A stretch of 64,000 bases of DNA from NCBI RefSeq assembly GCF_009914755.1, contig NC_060933.1; one strand, given 5' to 3'. The notes beneath the pieces are model-generated. The model had not been told where the DNA came from. It ran no database searches and was given only the letters and a program-made list of their open reading frames with translations. The DNA comes from the human T2T-CHM13v2.0 reference genome, Homo sapiens. Positions 42,201 to 55,710 of the stretch are shown one piece after another (the first letter of the stretch is position 1; every line of letters starts with the position of its first letter). The translations under genes were made by a program, and so were the position numbers.

Positions 42201-45200
42201 ATGCAATGGAAGGGAATGGAATGGAATGGAATGAAATTAACCCGAATAGAATGGAATGGAATGGAATGGAATGGAATGGAATGGAATGGAATGGAATGGA
42301 ATAGAATGGAATCCACCCGAGTGCAAGGGAATGGAATGGAATGGAATGCAATGGAATGGAATCATACGGAATGGAATGGAATGGAATGGAATGCAATGGA
42401 ATGGAATGGAATCACCCGATTGAAATGGAATGGAGTGGAATGGAATGGAATGGAATGGAAACAACCCGAAAGGAATGGAATGTAATGGAGAGTAAGGGAA
42501 TTGAATAGAATCAATACGAATGTAATGGAATGGAATGGAACAGAATGGAATGCGATCAACCCGAGTGAAATGGAATGGAATCGAAAAGAATGGTATGGAA
42601 TGGAATGGTTTCAACCCGAATGGAATGGAAAGGAATGGAATCAACCCGAGTGGAATGCAATGGAATGGAATGGAATGGAATGGGTTCAACTCGAATGGAA
42701 TGGAAAGGAATGGAATCAACCTGAGTGGAATGGCATGGAATGGAATGGAATGGAATGGAAGGGAATGGAATGGAATGGAATTAACCTGAAGAGAATGGAA
42801 GGGAATGGAATGGAACGGAACGGAATGGAATGGAATGGAATGGAATGGAATGGAATGGAATGCAATGGAGTGGGATCAACCCGAGTACAGGGGAATGGAA
42901 TGCAATGGAATGCAATGGAATGGAATCATCCCGAATGGAATGGAATGGAATGGAATGCAATGGAATGGAATCAATCAACCCGAGTGCAATAGAATGCAGT
43001 GGAATGGAATGGAATGGTATGGAAACTACCCGAATGGAATAGAATGTAATGGAGTGTAAGGGAATTAAAAAAAATCAATCCGAATGTAATGGAATTGAAT
43101 GGAACGGAATGGAATGGAATGGAATGGAATGGAATGGAATTAACCCGAATAGAATGGAAAGGAATGGAATGGAATGGAATGGAATGTAATGGAATGGAAT
43201 GGAATGGAACAGAAAAGAATGGAATGGAACGAAATGGAATGGAATGAAATGGAATGGAATGGAATGGAATGGAAACAACCCGAGTGCAGGGGAATGGAAT
43301 GGAATTGAAGGCAATGGAATGGAATCATCCGGAATTGAATGGAATGGAATGGAATCAACTCGATTGCAATGGAATGCAATGGAATGCAATGGAATGGAAT
43401 GGAATGGAATGGAAGGGAATGGAATGGAATGGAATGGAATTAACCCGAATAGAATGGAATTGAATGGAATGGAATGGAATGGAAGTAAATGGAATGGAAT
43501 GTAATGAACCCGAGGGCAGGGGAATGGAATGGAATGGAATGCAATGGAATGGAGTCATCCGGAATGGAACAGAAAGGAATGGAATGGAATCAACCCGTGT
43601 GCAATGGAATGGAAAGGAATGGAATGGAATGGAATGGAATGGATTCAACCCGAATGGAATGGAAAGGAAGGGAATCAACCCAAGTGGAATGGCATGGAAT
43701 GGAATGGAATGGAATGGAATGGAATGGTACCGAATAGAATGGAATGGAACGAAATGGAATAGAATGGAATGGAATAGTATGGAAACAACCCGAATGGAAT
43801 GGAATGAAATGGAGTGTAAGGGAATTGAATACAATCAATCCGAATGTAATGGAATGGAATGGAACGGAATGGAATGGAATGGAATGGAATGCAGTGGAAT
43901 GGAATCAAACCTAGTGCAATGGAATGGAATGGAATGGAATGGAATGGAATGGAATGGAATGGAATGGAATGGATTCAACCCAAATGGAATGGAAAGCAAT
44001 GGAATCAACCCGAGTGGAATGGCATGGAATGGAATGGAACGGAATGGAATGGAATGGAATGGAATGGAATGGAATGGTACGGAATAGAATGGAATGGAAC
44101 GAAATGGAATGGAATGGAATGGAATGGAACGGAAAGGAATGGAATGGATTCAACTCGAATGGAATGGAAAGGAATGGAATCAACCCGAGTGGAATAGCAT
44201 GGATTGGAATGGAAAGGAATGGAATGGAATGGTACGGAATAGAGTGGAATGGAACGAAATGGAATGGAATGGAATGGAATGGAATGGAATGGAATGGAAT
44301 CAACCCGAGTGCAGGGGAATGGAGTGGAATGGAAGGCAATGGAATGGAATCATCCGGAATGGAATGGAATGGAATGGAATGGAATGGAATGGAATGGAAT
44401 CAACCTGAGTGCAGGGGAATGGAATGCAATGGAATGCAATGGAATGGAATGGAATGGAATGCAATGGAAACAACTCGATTGCAATGGAATGGAATGGAAT
44501 GGAATGCAATGGAAACAACTCGATTGCAATGGAATGGAATGGAATGGAATGGAATGGAATGCAATGGAATGCAATGGAATGGAATGGAATGGAATTAACC
44601 TGACCAGAATGGAATGGAATGGAATGGAATGGAACGGAATGGAATGGAATGGAATGGAATCGAATCAACCCGAGTGCAGGGGAATGGAATGGAAGGGAAT
44701 GCAATGGAATGGATTCATCCGGAATGGAATGGAATGGAATGGAATGCAATGGAATGGAATCAATCAACCCGAGTGCAATGCAATGGAGTGGAATGGAATG
44801 GAATGGATCGGAAACTACCCGAATGGAATGGAATGTAATGGAGTGTAAGGGAATTGAAAAGAATCAATCCGAATGTAATGGAATGGAATGGAACGGAATG
44901 AAATGGAATGGCATGGAATGGAATGGAATCAACCCGAGTTCAATGGAATGGAATTGAACGGAATGGAATGGAAAGGAATGGATTCAACCCGAACGGAATG
45001 GAAAGGAATGGAATGGAATGGAATGGAATGGTACGGAATAGAACGGAATGGAACGAAATGGAATGGAATGGAATGGAATGGAATGGAATGGAATGGAATG
45101 AACCCGTGTGCAATGGATTGGAATGGAATGGAATGGAATGGAATGGAATGGAATGGAATGGAATGGTTTCAACTCGAATGGAATGGAAAGGAATGGAATC

Positions 45201-48200
45201 AACCCGAGTGGAATGGCATGGAATGGAATGGAATGGAATGGAATGGAATGGAAAGGAATGGAATAGAATGAAATGGAATGGAATGGAATGGAATGGAAAC
45301 AACACGAGTGCAATGTAATGGAATCGAGTGGAATGGAATTGAATGGATAGGAATGGATTCAATCCGAATGGAATGGAAAGGAATGGAATAAACCCGAGAG
45401 GAATAGCATGGAATGGAGTGGAATGGAATGGAATGGAATGGAATGGTATGGAATAGAATGGAATGGAACTAAATGGAATGGAATGGAATGGAATGGAATA
45501 GAATGAACCCGTGTGCAATGGAATGGAATGGAATGGAATGGAATGGAATGGAATGGATTCAACTCGAATGGAATGGAAAGGAATGGAATCAACCCGAGTG
45601 GAATAGCATGGATTGGAATGGAAAGGAATGGAATGGAATGGTACGGAATAGAGTGGAATGGAACGAAATGGAATGGAATGGAATGGAATGGAATGGAATG
45701 GAATGGAATCAACCCGAGTGTAGGGGAATGGAGTGGAATGGAAGGCAATGGAATGGAATCATCCGGAATTGAATGGAATGGAATGGAATGGAATGGAATC
45801 AACTCGATTGAAATGGAATGGAATGGAATGGAGTGGATGGGAATGGAATGGAATGTAATGAACCCGAGTGCAGGGGAATGGAATGGAATGGAATGCAATG
45901 GAATGGAGTCATCCTGAATGGAACGGAATGGAATGGAATGGAATCAACCCGTGTGCAATATAATGGAATCGAAAGGAATGGAATGGAATGGAATGGATTC
46001 AACCCAAATGGAATGAAAAGGAATGGAATAAACCCGAGTGGAATGGCATGGAATGGAATGGAATGGAATGGAATTAACCCTAATAGAATGGAATGGAATG
46101 GAATGGAATTGAATGGAATGGAATGGAATGGAAGGAAATGGAATGGAATGGAATGGAATGGAATGGAATGGAATGGAATGGAATGGTACGGAATAGAATG
46201 GAATGGAACGAAATGGAATGGAATGGAATGGAATGGAATGGAATGGAATGGAATGGAATGGAATCAACCCGAGTGCAGGGGAATGGAATGGAATGGAAGG
46301 CAATGGAATGACATCATTCGGAATTGAATGGAATGGAATGGAATGGAATGGAATCAACTCGATTGAAATGGAATGGAATGGAATGGAATGGAATGGAATG
46401 GAAGTGAATGGAATGGAATGGAATGAAACCGAGTGCAGGGGAATGGAATGGAATGGAATGCAATGGAATGGAGTCATCCGGAATGGAACGGAATGGAATG
46501 GAATGGAATCAACCCGAGTGCAATGGAATGGAATGGAATGGAAAGGAATGGAATGGAATGGACTCAACCCGAATGGAATGGAAAGGAATGGAATCAACCC
46601 GAGAGGAATGGCATGGAATGGAATGGAATGGAATGGAGTGGAATGGTACAGAATAGAATGTAATGGAACGAAATGGAATGGAATGGAATGGAATGGAATG
46701 GAATCATTCCGAGTGGAATAGAAGGGAATGTTTTCGAGTGGAATGAAAAGGAATGGAATCAACCAGAGTGGAATGGAATGGAATCGAGTGGAATGGAATG
46801 CAATCGAATGGAATGGAAAGGAATAGAATGGAATCAACCCGAGTGGAATGGAATGGAAAGGACTGGAATGGAATGGAATGGAATGCAATGGAATCAACTC
46901 GATTGCAATGAAATGGAATGGAATGGAATGGAATGGAATGGAATGGAATTAACCGGAATAGAATGGAATTGAATGGAATGGAAAGGAATGGAATGGAATA
47001 GAATGGAATGGAATGGATTCAACTCGAATGGAATGGAAAGGAATGGAATCAACCCGAGTGGAATGGCATGGAACGGAATGGAATGGAATGGAATGGAATG
47101 GAATTAACCCTAATAGAATGGAATGGAACGAAATGGAATGGAATGGAATGGAATGGAACGGAAAGGAATGGAATGGATTCAACTCGAATGGAATGGAAAG
47201 GAATGAAATCAACCCGAGTGGAATAGCATGGATTGGAATGGAAAGGAATGGAATGGAATGGTACGGAATAGAGTGGAATGGAACGAAATGGAATGGAATG
47301 GAATGGAATGGAATGGAATGGAATGGAATGGAATGGAATCAACCCGAGTGCAGGGGAATGGAGTGGAATGGAAGGCAATGGAATGGAATCATCCGGAATG
47401 GAATGGAATGGAATGGAATGGAATGGAATGGAATGGAATGGAATCAACCTGAGTGCAGGGGAATGGAATGCAATGGAATGCAATGGAATGGAATGCAATG
47501 GAAACAACTCGATTGCAATGGAATGGAATGGAATGGAATGGAATGGAATGGAATTAACCTGAACAGAATGGAATGGAATGGAATGGAATGGAACGGAATG
47601 GAATGGAATGGAATGGAATGGAATCAACCCGAGTGCAGGGGAATGGAATGGAAGGAAATGCAATGGAATGGATTCATCCGGAATGGAATGGAATGGAATG
47701 GAATGCAATGGAATGGAATCAATCAACCCGAGTGCAATGCAATGGAGTGGAATGGAATGGAATGGAACGGAAACTACCCGAATGGAATGGAATCTAATGG
47801 AGTGTAAGGGAATTGAAAAGAATCAATCCGAATGTAATGGAATGGAATGGAACGGAATGAAATGGAATGGCATGGAATGGAATGGAATTAACCCGAGTTC
47901 AATGGAATGGAATTGAACGGAATGGAATGGAAAGGAATGGATTCAACCCGAATGGAATGGAAAGGAATGGAATGGAATGGAATGGAATGGTACGGAATAG
48001 AATGGAATGGAACGAAATGGAATGGAATGGAATGGAATGGAATGGAATGGAATGGAATGAACCCGTGTGCAATGGATTGGAATGGAATGGAATGGAATGG
48101 AATGGAATGGAATGGAATGGAATGGTTTCAACTCGAATGGAATGGAAAGGAGTGGAATCAACCCGAGTGGAATGGCATGGAACGGAATGGAATGGAATGG

Positions 48201-51200
48201 AATGGAATGGAAAGGAATGGAATAGAATGAAATGGAATGGAATGGAATGGAATGGAAACAACACGAGTGCAATGTAATGGAATCGAGTGGAATGGAATTG
48301 AATGGATAGGAATGGATTCAATCCGAATGGAATGGAAAGGAATGGAATAAACCCAAGAGGAATAGCATGGAATGGAGTGGAATGGAATGGAATGGAAAGG
48401 AATGGTATGGAATAGAATGGAATGGAACTAAATGGAATGGAATGGAATGGAATGGAATGGAATAGAATGAACCCGTGTGCAATGGAATGGAATGGAATGG
48501 AATGGAATGGAATGGAATGGAATGGAATGGATTCAACTCGAATGGAATGGAAAGGAATGGAATCAACCCGAGTGGAATAGCATGGATTGGAATGGAAAGG
48601 AATGGAATGGAATGGTACGGAATAGAGTGGAATGGAACGAAATGGAATGGAATGGAATGGAATGGAATGGAATGGAATGGAATCAACCCGAGTGCAGGGG
48701 AATGGAGTGGAATGGAAGGCAATGGAATGGAATCATCCGGAATTGAATGGAATGGAATGGAATGGAATGGAATCAACTTGATTGAAATGGAATGGAATGG
48801 AATGGAATGGAGTGGATGGGAATGGAATGGAATGTAATGAACCCGAGTGCAGGGGAATGGAATGGAATGGAATGCAATGGAATGGAGTCATCCTGAATGG
48901 AACGGAATGGAATGGAATGGAATCAACCCGTGTGCAATATAATGGAATCGAAAGGAATGGAATGGAATGGAATGGATTCAACCCAAATGGAATGAAAAGG
49001 AATGGAATAAACCCGAGTGGAATGGCATGGAATGGAGTGGAATGGAATGGAATGGAATGGTACAGAATAGAATGGAATGGAACGAAATGGAATGGAATGG
49101 AATGGAATGGAATGGAATGGAATGGAACGGAATGCAATGGAATGGAATGGAATGGAATGAACCCGTGTGCAATGGAATGGAATGGAATGGAATGGGTTCA
49201 ACACTAATGGAATGCAAAGGAATGGAATCAACACGAGTGGAATGGCATGGAATGGAATGGAATGGAATGGAATGGAATGGAATGGAATGGAATGAAATGG
49301 AATGGAATGGAATGGAATGGAATCAACCTGAGTGCAGTGTAATGGAATGGAATGGAATGGAATGGATTCAACACGAATGGAATGGAAAGGAATGGAATAA
49401 AACCGCGTGGAATGGCATGGAATGGAGTGGAATGGAATGGAATGGAATGGAATGGAATCAACCCGAGTGCAATGTAATGGAATCGAATGGAATGGAATGG
49501 AATGGAATGGATTCAACCGGAATGGAATGGAAAGGAATGGACTAAACCCGAGTGGAATGGCATGGAGTGGAGTGGAATGGAATGGAATGGAATGGAATGG
49601 AATGGTACGGAATAGAATGGAATGGAACGACATGGAATGGAATGGAATGGAATGGAATGGAATGGAATGGAATGAACCCGTGTGCAATGGAATGCAATCG
49701 AATGGAATGGAATGGATTGGAATGGATTCAACTCGAATGTAATGGAAAGGAATGGAATCAACCCGAGTGGAATGGCATGGAATGGAATGGAATGGAATGG
49801 AATGGAATGGAATGGAATGGTACGGAATAGAATGGAAAGGAACGAAATGGAATGGAATGAAATGGAATGGAATGGAATGGAATGGAATGGAATGGAATGG
49901 AATGGAATCAACCCGAGTGCAGGGGAATGGAATGGAATTGAAGGCAATGGAATGGAATCATCCGGAATTGAATGGAATGGAATGGAATCAACTCGATTGC
50001 AATGGAATGGAATGGAATGGAATGGAATGGAATGGAATGGAATGGAATGGAATGGAATGGAATGGAATTAACCCGAATAGAATGGAATGGAATGGAATGG
50101 AAGTAAATGGAATGGAAGGTAATGAACCCGAGTGCAGGGGAATGGAATGGAATGGAATGCAATGGAATGGAGTCATCCGGAATGGAACGGAAAGGAATGG
50201 AATGGAACCAACCCGTGTGCAATGGAATTGAAAGGAATGGAATGGAATGGAATGGAATGGAATGGAATGGATTCAACCCGAATGGAATGGAAAGGAAGGG
50301 AATCAAACCAAGTGGAATGGCATGGAATGGAATGGATAGGAATGGAATGGAATGGAATGGTACCGAATGGAATAGAATGGAATGGTACCGAATAGAATGG
50401 AATGGAACGAAATGGAATGGAATGGAATGGAATGGAATGGAATGAACCTGTGTGCAATGGATTGGAATGGAATGGAATGGAATGGAATGGAATGGGTTCG
50501 ACTCGAATGGAACGGAATGGAATGAAATCAAACCGAGTGGAATGGCATGGAATGGAATGCAATGGAATGGAATGGAATGGAATGGAATGGAATGGAATGA
50601 ACCCGTGTGCAATGGAATGGAATCGAATGGAATGGAATGGAATGCAAAGGATACAACTCGAATGGAATTGAAAGGAATGAAATCAACCCGAGTGGAATGG
50701 CATGGACTGGAATGGAATGGAATGGCATGGAATGGAATGGAATTGAATGGTACGGAATAGAATCGAATGGAACGAAATGGAATGGAATGGAATGGAATGG
50801 AATGGAATGGAAACAACCCGAGTGCATGGTAATGGAATGGAATGGAAGGAAATGGAATGGAATCATCCGGAATGGAATGGAATGGAATGGAATGGAATGG
50901 AATGGAATGGAATCAACTCGATTGCAATGGAATGGAATGGAATGGAATGGAATGGAATGGAATTAACCCGGATAGAATCGAATGGAATGGAATGGAATGG
51001 AATGGAATGGAATGGAATGGAAGGGAATGGAATGTAATGGAATGGAATGGAATTAACCCGAATAGAATGGAATGGAACGGAAAGGAAGGGAATGGAATGG
51101 AATGTAATCAACTCCAGTGCAGGGGAATACAATGGAATGGAATGAAATGGAATGGAGTCATACGGAATGGAAGGGAATGGAATGGAATCAACCAGAGTGC

Positions 51201-54200
51201 AATGGAATGGAGTGGAATGGAATGGAATAGAATGGAAACAACACGAATGGAATAGAATGTAATGGAGTGTAAGGGAATTGCATATAATCAATCCGAATGT
51301 AATGGAATGGAACGGAAAGGAATGGAATGGAATGGAATGGAATGGAATGGAATGGAATTGAATGAAATGGAATGGCATGGAATGGAATGGAATCAACCCG
51401 AGTTCAATGGAATTGAATGGAATGGAATGGAATGGAATGGAATGGAATCAACTAGATTGCAATGGAATGGAATGGAATGGGATGGAATGGAATGGAATGG
51501 AATGGAATGGAATTAACCCTAATAGAATGGAATGGAATGGAATGGAATGGAATAGAATGGAATGGAATGGAATAGAATGGAATGGAAAGGAATGGAATGG
51601 AATGGAATGGAATGGAATTAACCCGAGTTCAATGGAATTGAATGGAATGGAATGGAATGGAATGGAATGGAATGGAATCAACTCGATTGCAATGGAATGG
51701 AATGGAATGGGATGGAATGGAATGGAATGGAATGGAATGGAATTAACCCTAATAGAATGGAATGGAATGGAATGGAATGGAATAGAATGGAATGGAAGGG
51801 AATGGAATGGAATGGAATGGAATGGAATTAACCCGAATAGAATGGAATGGAATGGAATGGAATGGAATGGAATGGAATGGAATGGAATCAACTCGATTTC
51901 AATGGAATGGAATGGAATGGAATGGAATGCAATGGAAGGGAATGGAATGGAATGGAATGAAATTAACCCGAATAGAATGGAATGGAATGGAATGGAATGG
52001 AATGGAATGGAATGGAATGGAATAGAATGGAATCCACCCGAGTGCAAGGGAATGGAATGGAATGGAATGCAATGGAATGGAATCATACGGAATGGAATGG
52101 AATGGAATGGAATGCAATGGAATGGAATGGAATCACCCGATTGAAATGGAATGGAGTGGAATGGAATGGAATGGAATGGAAACAACCCAAAAGGAATGGA
52201 ATGTAATGGAGAGTAAGGGAATTGAATAGAATCAATACGAATGTAATGGAATGGAATGGAACAGAATGGAATGCGATCAACCCGAGTGAAATGGAATGGA
52301 ATCGAAAAGAATGGTATGGAATGGAATGGTTTCAACCCGAATGGAATGGAAAGGAATGGAATCAACCCGAGTGGAATGCAATGGAATGGAATGGAATGGA
52401 ATGGGTTCAACTCGAATGGAATGGAAAGGAATGGAATCAACCTGAGTGGAATGGCATGGAATGGAATGGAATGGAATGGAAGGGAATGGAATGGAATGGA
52501 ATTAACCTGAAGAGAATGGAAGGGAATGGAATGGAACGGAACGGAATGGAATGGAATGGAATGGAATGGAATGGAATGGAATGCAATGGAATGGGATCAA
52601 CCCGAGTACAGGGGAATGGAATGCAATGGAATGCAATGGAATGGAATCATCCCGAATGGAATGGAATGGAATGGAATGCAATGGAATGGAATCAATCAAC
52701 CCGAGTGCAATAGAATGCAGTGGAATGGAATGGAATGGTATGGAAACTACCCGAATGGAATAGAATGTAATGGAGTGTAAGGGAATTAAAAAAAATCAAT
52801 CCGAATGTAATGGAATTGAATGGAACGGAATGGAATGGAATGGAATGGAATGGAATGGAATTAACCCGAATAGAATGGAAAGGAATGGAATGGAATGGAA
52901 TGGAATGTAATGGAATGGAATGGAATGGAACAGAAAAGAATGGAATGGAACGAAATGGAATGGAATGAAATGGAATGGAATGGAATGGAATGGAAACAAC
53001 CCGAGTGCAGGGGAATGGAATGGAATTGAAGGCAATGGAATGGAATCATCCGGAATTGAATGGAATGGAATGGAATCAACTCGATTGCAATGGAATGCAA
53101 TGGAATGCAATGGAATGGAATGGAATGGAATGGAAGGGAATGGAATGGAATGGAATGGAATTAACCCGAATAGAATGGAATTGAATGGAATGGAATGGAA
53201 TGGAAGTAAATGGAATGGAATGTAATGAACCCGAGGGCAGGGGAATGGAATGGAATGGAATGCAATGGAATGGAGTCATCCGGAATGGAACAGAAAGGAA
53301 TGGAATGGAATCAACCCGTGTGCAATGGAATGGAAAGGAATGGAATGGAATGGAATGGAATGGATTCAACCCGAATGGAATGGAAAGGAACGGAATCAAC
53401 CCAAGTGGAATGGCATGGAATGGAATGGAATGGAATGGAATGGAATGGTACCGAATAGAATGGAATGGAACGAAATGGAATAGAATGGAATGGAATAGTA
53501 TGGAAACAACCCGAATGGAATGGAATGAAATGGAGTGTAAGGGAATTGAATACAATCAATCCGAATGTAATGGAATGGAATGGAACGGAATGGAATGGAA
53601 TGGAATGGAATGCAGTGGAATGGAATCAAACCTAGTGCAATGGAATGGAATGGAATGGAATGGAATGGAATGGAATGGAATGGAATGGATTCAACCCAAA
53701 TGGAATGGAAAGCAATGGAATCAACCCGAGTGGAATGGCATGGAATGGAATGGAACGGAATGGAATGGAATGGAATGGAATGGAATGGAATGGTACGGAA
53801 TAGAATGGAATGGAACGAAATGGAATGGAATGGAATGGAATGGAACGGAAAGGAATGGAATGGATTCAACTCGAATGGAATGGAAAGGAATGGAATCAAC
53901 CCGAGTGGAATAGCATGGATTGGAATGGAAAGGAATGGAATGGAATGGTACGGAATAGAGTGGAATGGAACGAAATGGAATGGAATGGAATGGAATGGAA
54001 TGGAATGGAATGGAATGGAATCAACCCGAGTGCAGGGGAATGGAGTGGAATGGAAGGCAATGGAATGGAATCATCCGGAATGGAATGGAATGGAATGGAA
54101 TGGAATGGAATGGAATGGAATGGAATCAACCTGAGTGCAGGGGAATGGAATGCAATGGAATGCAATGGAATGGAATGGAATGGAATGCAATGGAAACAAC

Positions 54201-55710
54201 TCGATTGCAATGGAATGGAATGGAATGGAATGGAATGCAATGGAATGCAATGGAATGGAATGGAATGGAATTAACCTGACCAGAATGGAATGGAATGGAA
54301 TGGAATGGAACGGAATGGAATGGAATGGAATGGAATCGAATCAACCCGAGTGCAGGGGAATGGAATGGAAGGGAATGCAATGGAATGGATTCATCCGGAA
54401 TGGAATGGAATGGAATGGAATGCAATGGAATGGAATCAATCAACCCGAGTGCAATGCAATGGAGTGGAATGGAATGGAATGGAACGGAAACTACCCGAAT
54501 GGAATGGAATGTAATGGAGTGTAAGGGAATTGAAAAGAATCAATCCGAATGTAATGGAATGGAATGGAACGGAATGAAATGGAATGGCATGGAATGGAAT
54601 GGAATCAACCCGAGTTCAATGGAATGGAATTGAACGGAATGGAATGGAAAGGAATGGATTCAACCCGAACGGAATGGAAAGGAATGGAATGGAATGGAAT
54701 GGAATGGTACGGAATAGAATGGAATGGAACGAAATGGAATGGAATGGAATGGAATGGAATGGAATGGAATGGAATGAACCCGTGTGCAATGGATTGGAAT
54801 GGAATGGAATGGAATGGAATGGAATGGAATGGAATGGAATGGTTTCAACTCGAATGGAATGGAAAGGAATGGAATCAACCCGAGTGGAATGGCATGGAAT
54901 GGAATGGAATGGAATGGAATGGAATGGAAAGGAATGGAATAGAATGAAATGGAATGGAATGGAATGGAATGGAAACAACACGAGTGCAATGTAATGGAAT
55001 CGAGTGGAATGGAATTGAATGGATAGGAATGGATTCAATCCGAATGGAATGGAAAGGAATGGAATAAACCCGAGAGGAATAGCATGGAATGGAGTGGAAT
55101 GGAATGGAATGGAATGGAATGGTATGGAATAGAATGGAATGGAACTAAATGGAATGGAATGGAATGGAATGGAATAGAATGAACCCGTGTGCAATGGAAT
55201 GGAATGGAATGGAATGGAATGGAATGGAATGGATTCAACTCGAATGGAATGGAAAGGAATGGAATCAACCCGAGTGGAATAGCATGGATTGGAATGGAAA
55301 GGAATGGAATGGAATGGTACGGAATAGAGTGGAATGGAACGAAATGGAATGGAATGGAATGGAATGGAATGGAATGGAATGGAATCAACCCGAGTGTAGG
55401 GGAATGGAGTGGAATGGAAGGCAATGGAATGGAATCATCCGGAATTGAATGGAATGGAATGGAATGGAATGGAATCAACTCGATTGAAATGGAATGGAAT
55501 GGAATGGAGTGGATGGGAATGGAATGGAATGTAATGAACCCGAGTGCAGGGGAATGGAATGGAATGGAATGCAATGGAATGGAGTCATCCTGAATGGAAC
55601 GGAATGGAATGGAATGGAATCAACCCGTGTGCAATATAATGGAATCGAAAGGAATGGAATGGAATGGAATGGATTCAACCCAAATGGAATGAAAAGGAAT
55701 GGAATAAACC
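36300..55710 (+). repeat. Near-identical ~9.7 kb tandem duplication (36300-46030 and 46031-55710)
   Basis: Constant offsets of 9676-9736 between matching ORFs: 36937/46673, 38146/47867, 40381/50107, 42501/52222, 43075/52796, 45359/55035. The two copies also share private variants. Confidence 0.88.

Noticed and set aside
43060-43080. Short A-run (ggaattaaaaaaaatcaatc; also ~52785) as a retrotransposon tail or polyadenylation signal
   Set aside because: It is a single substitution of ggaattaaaaagaatcaatc (~17286). There is no target-site duplication or element body.
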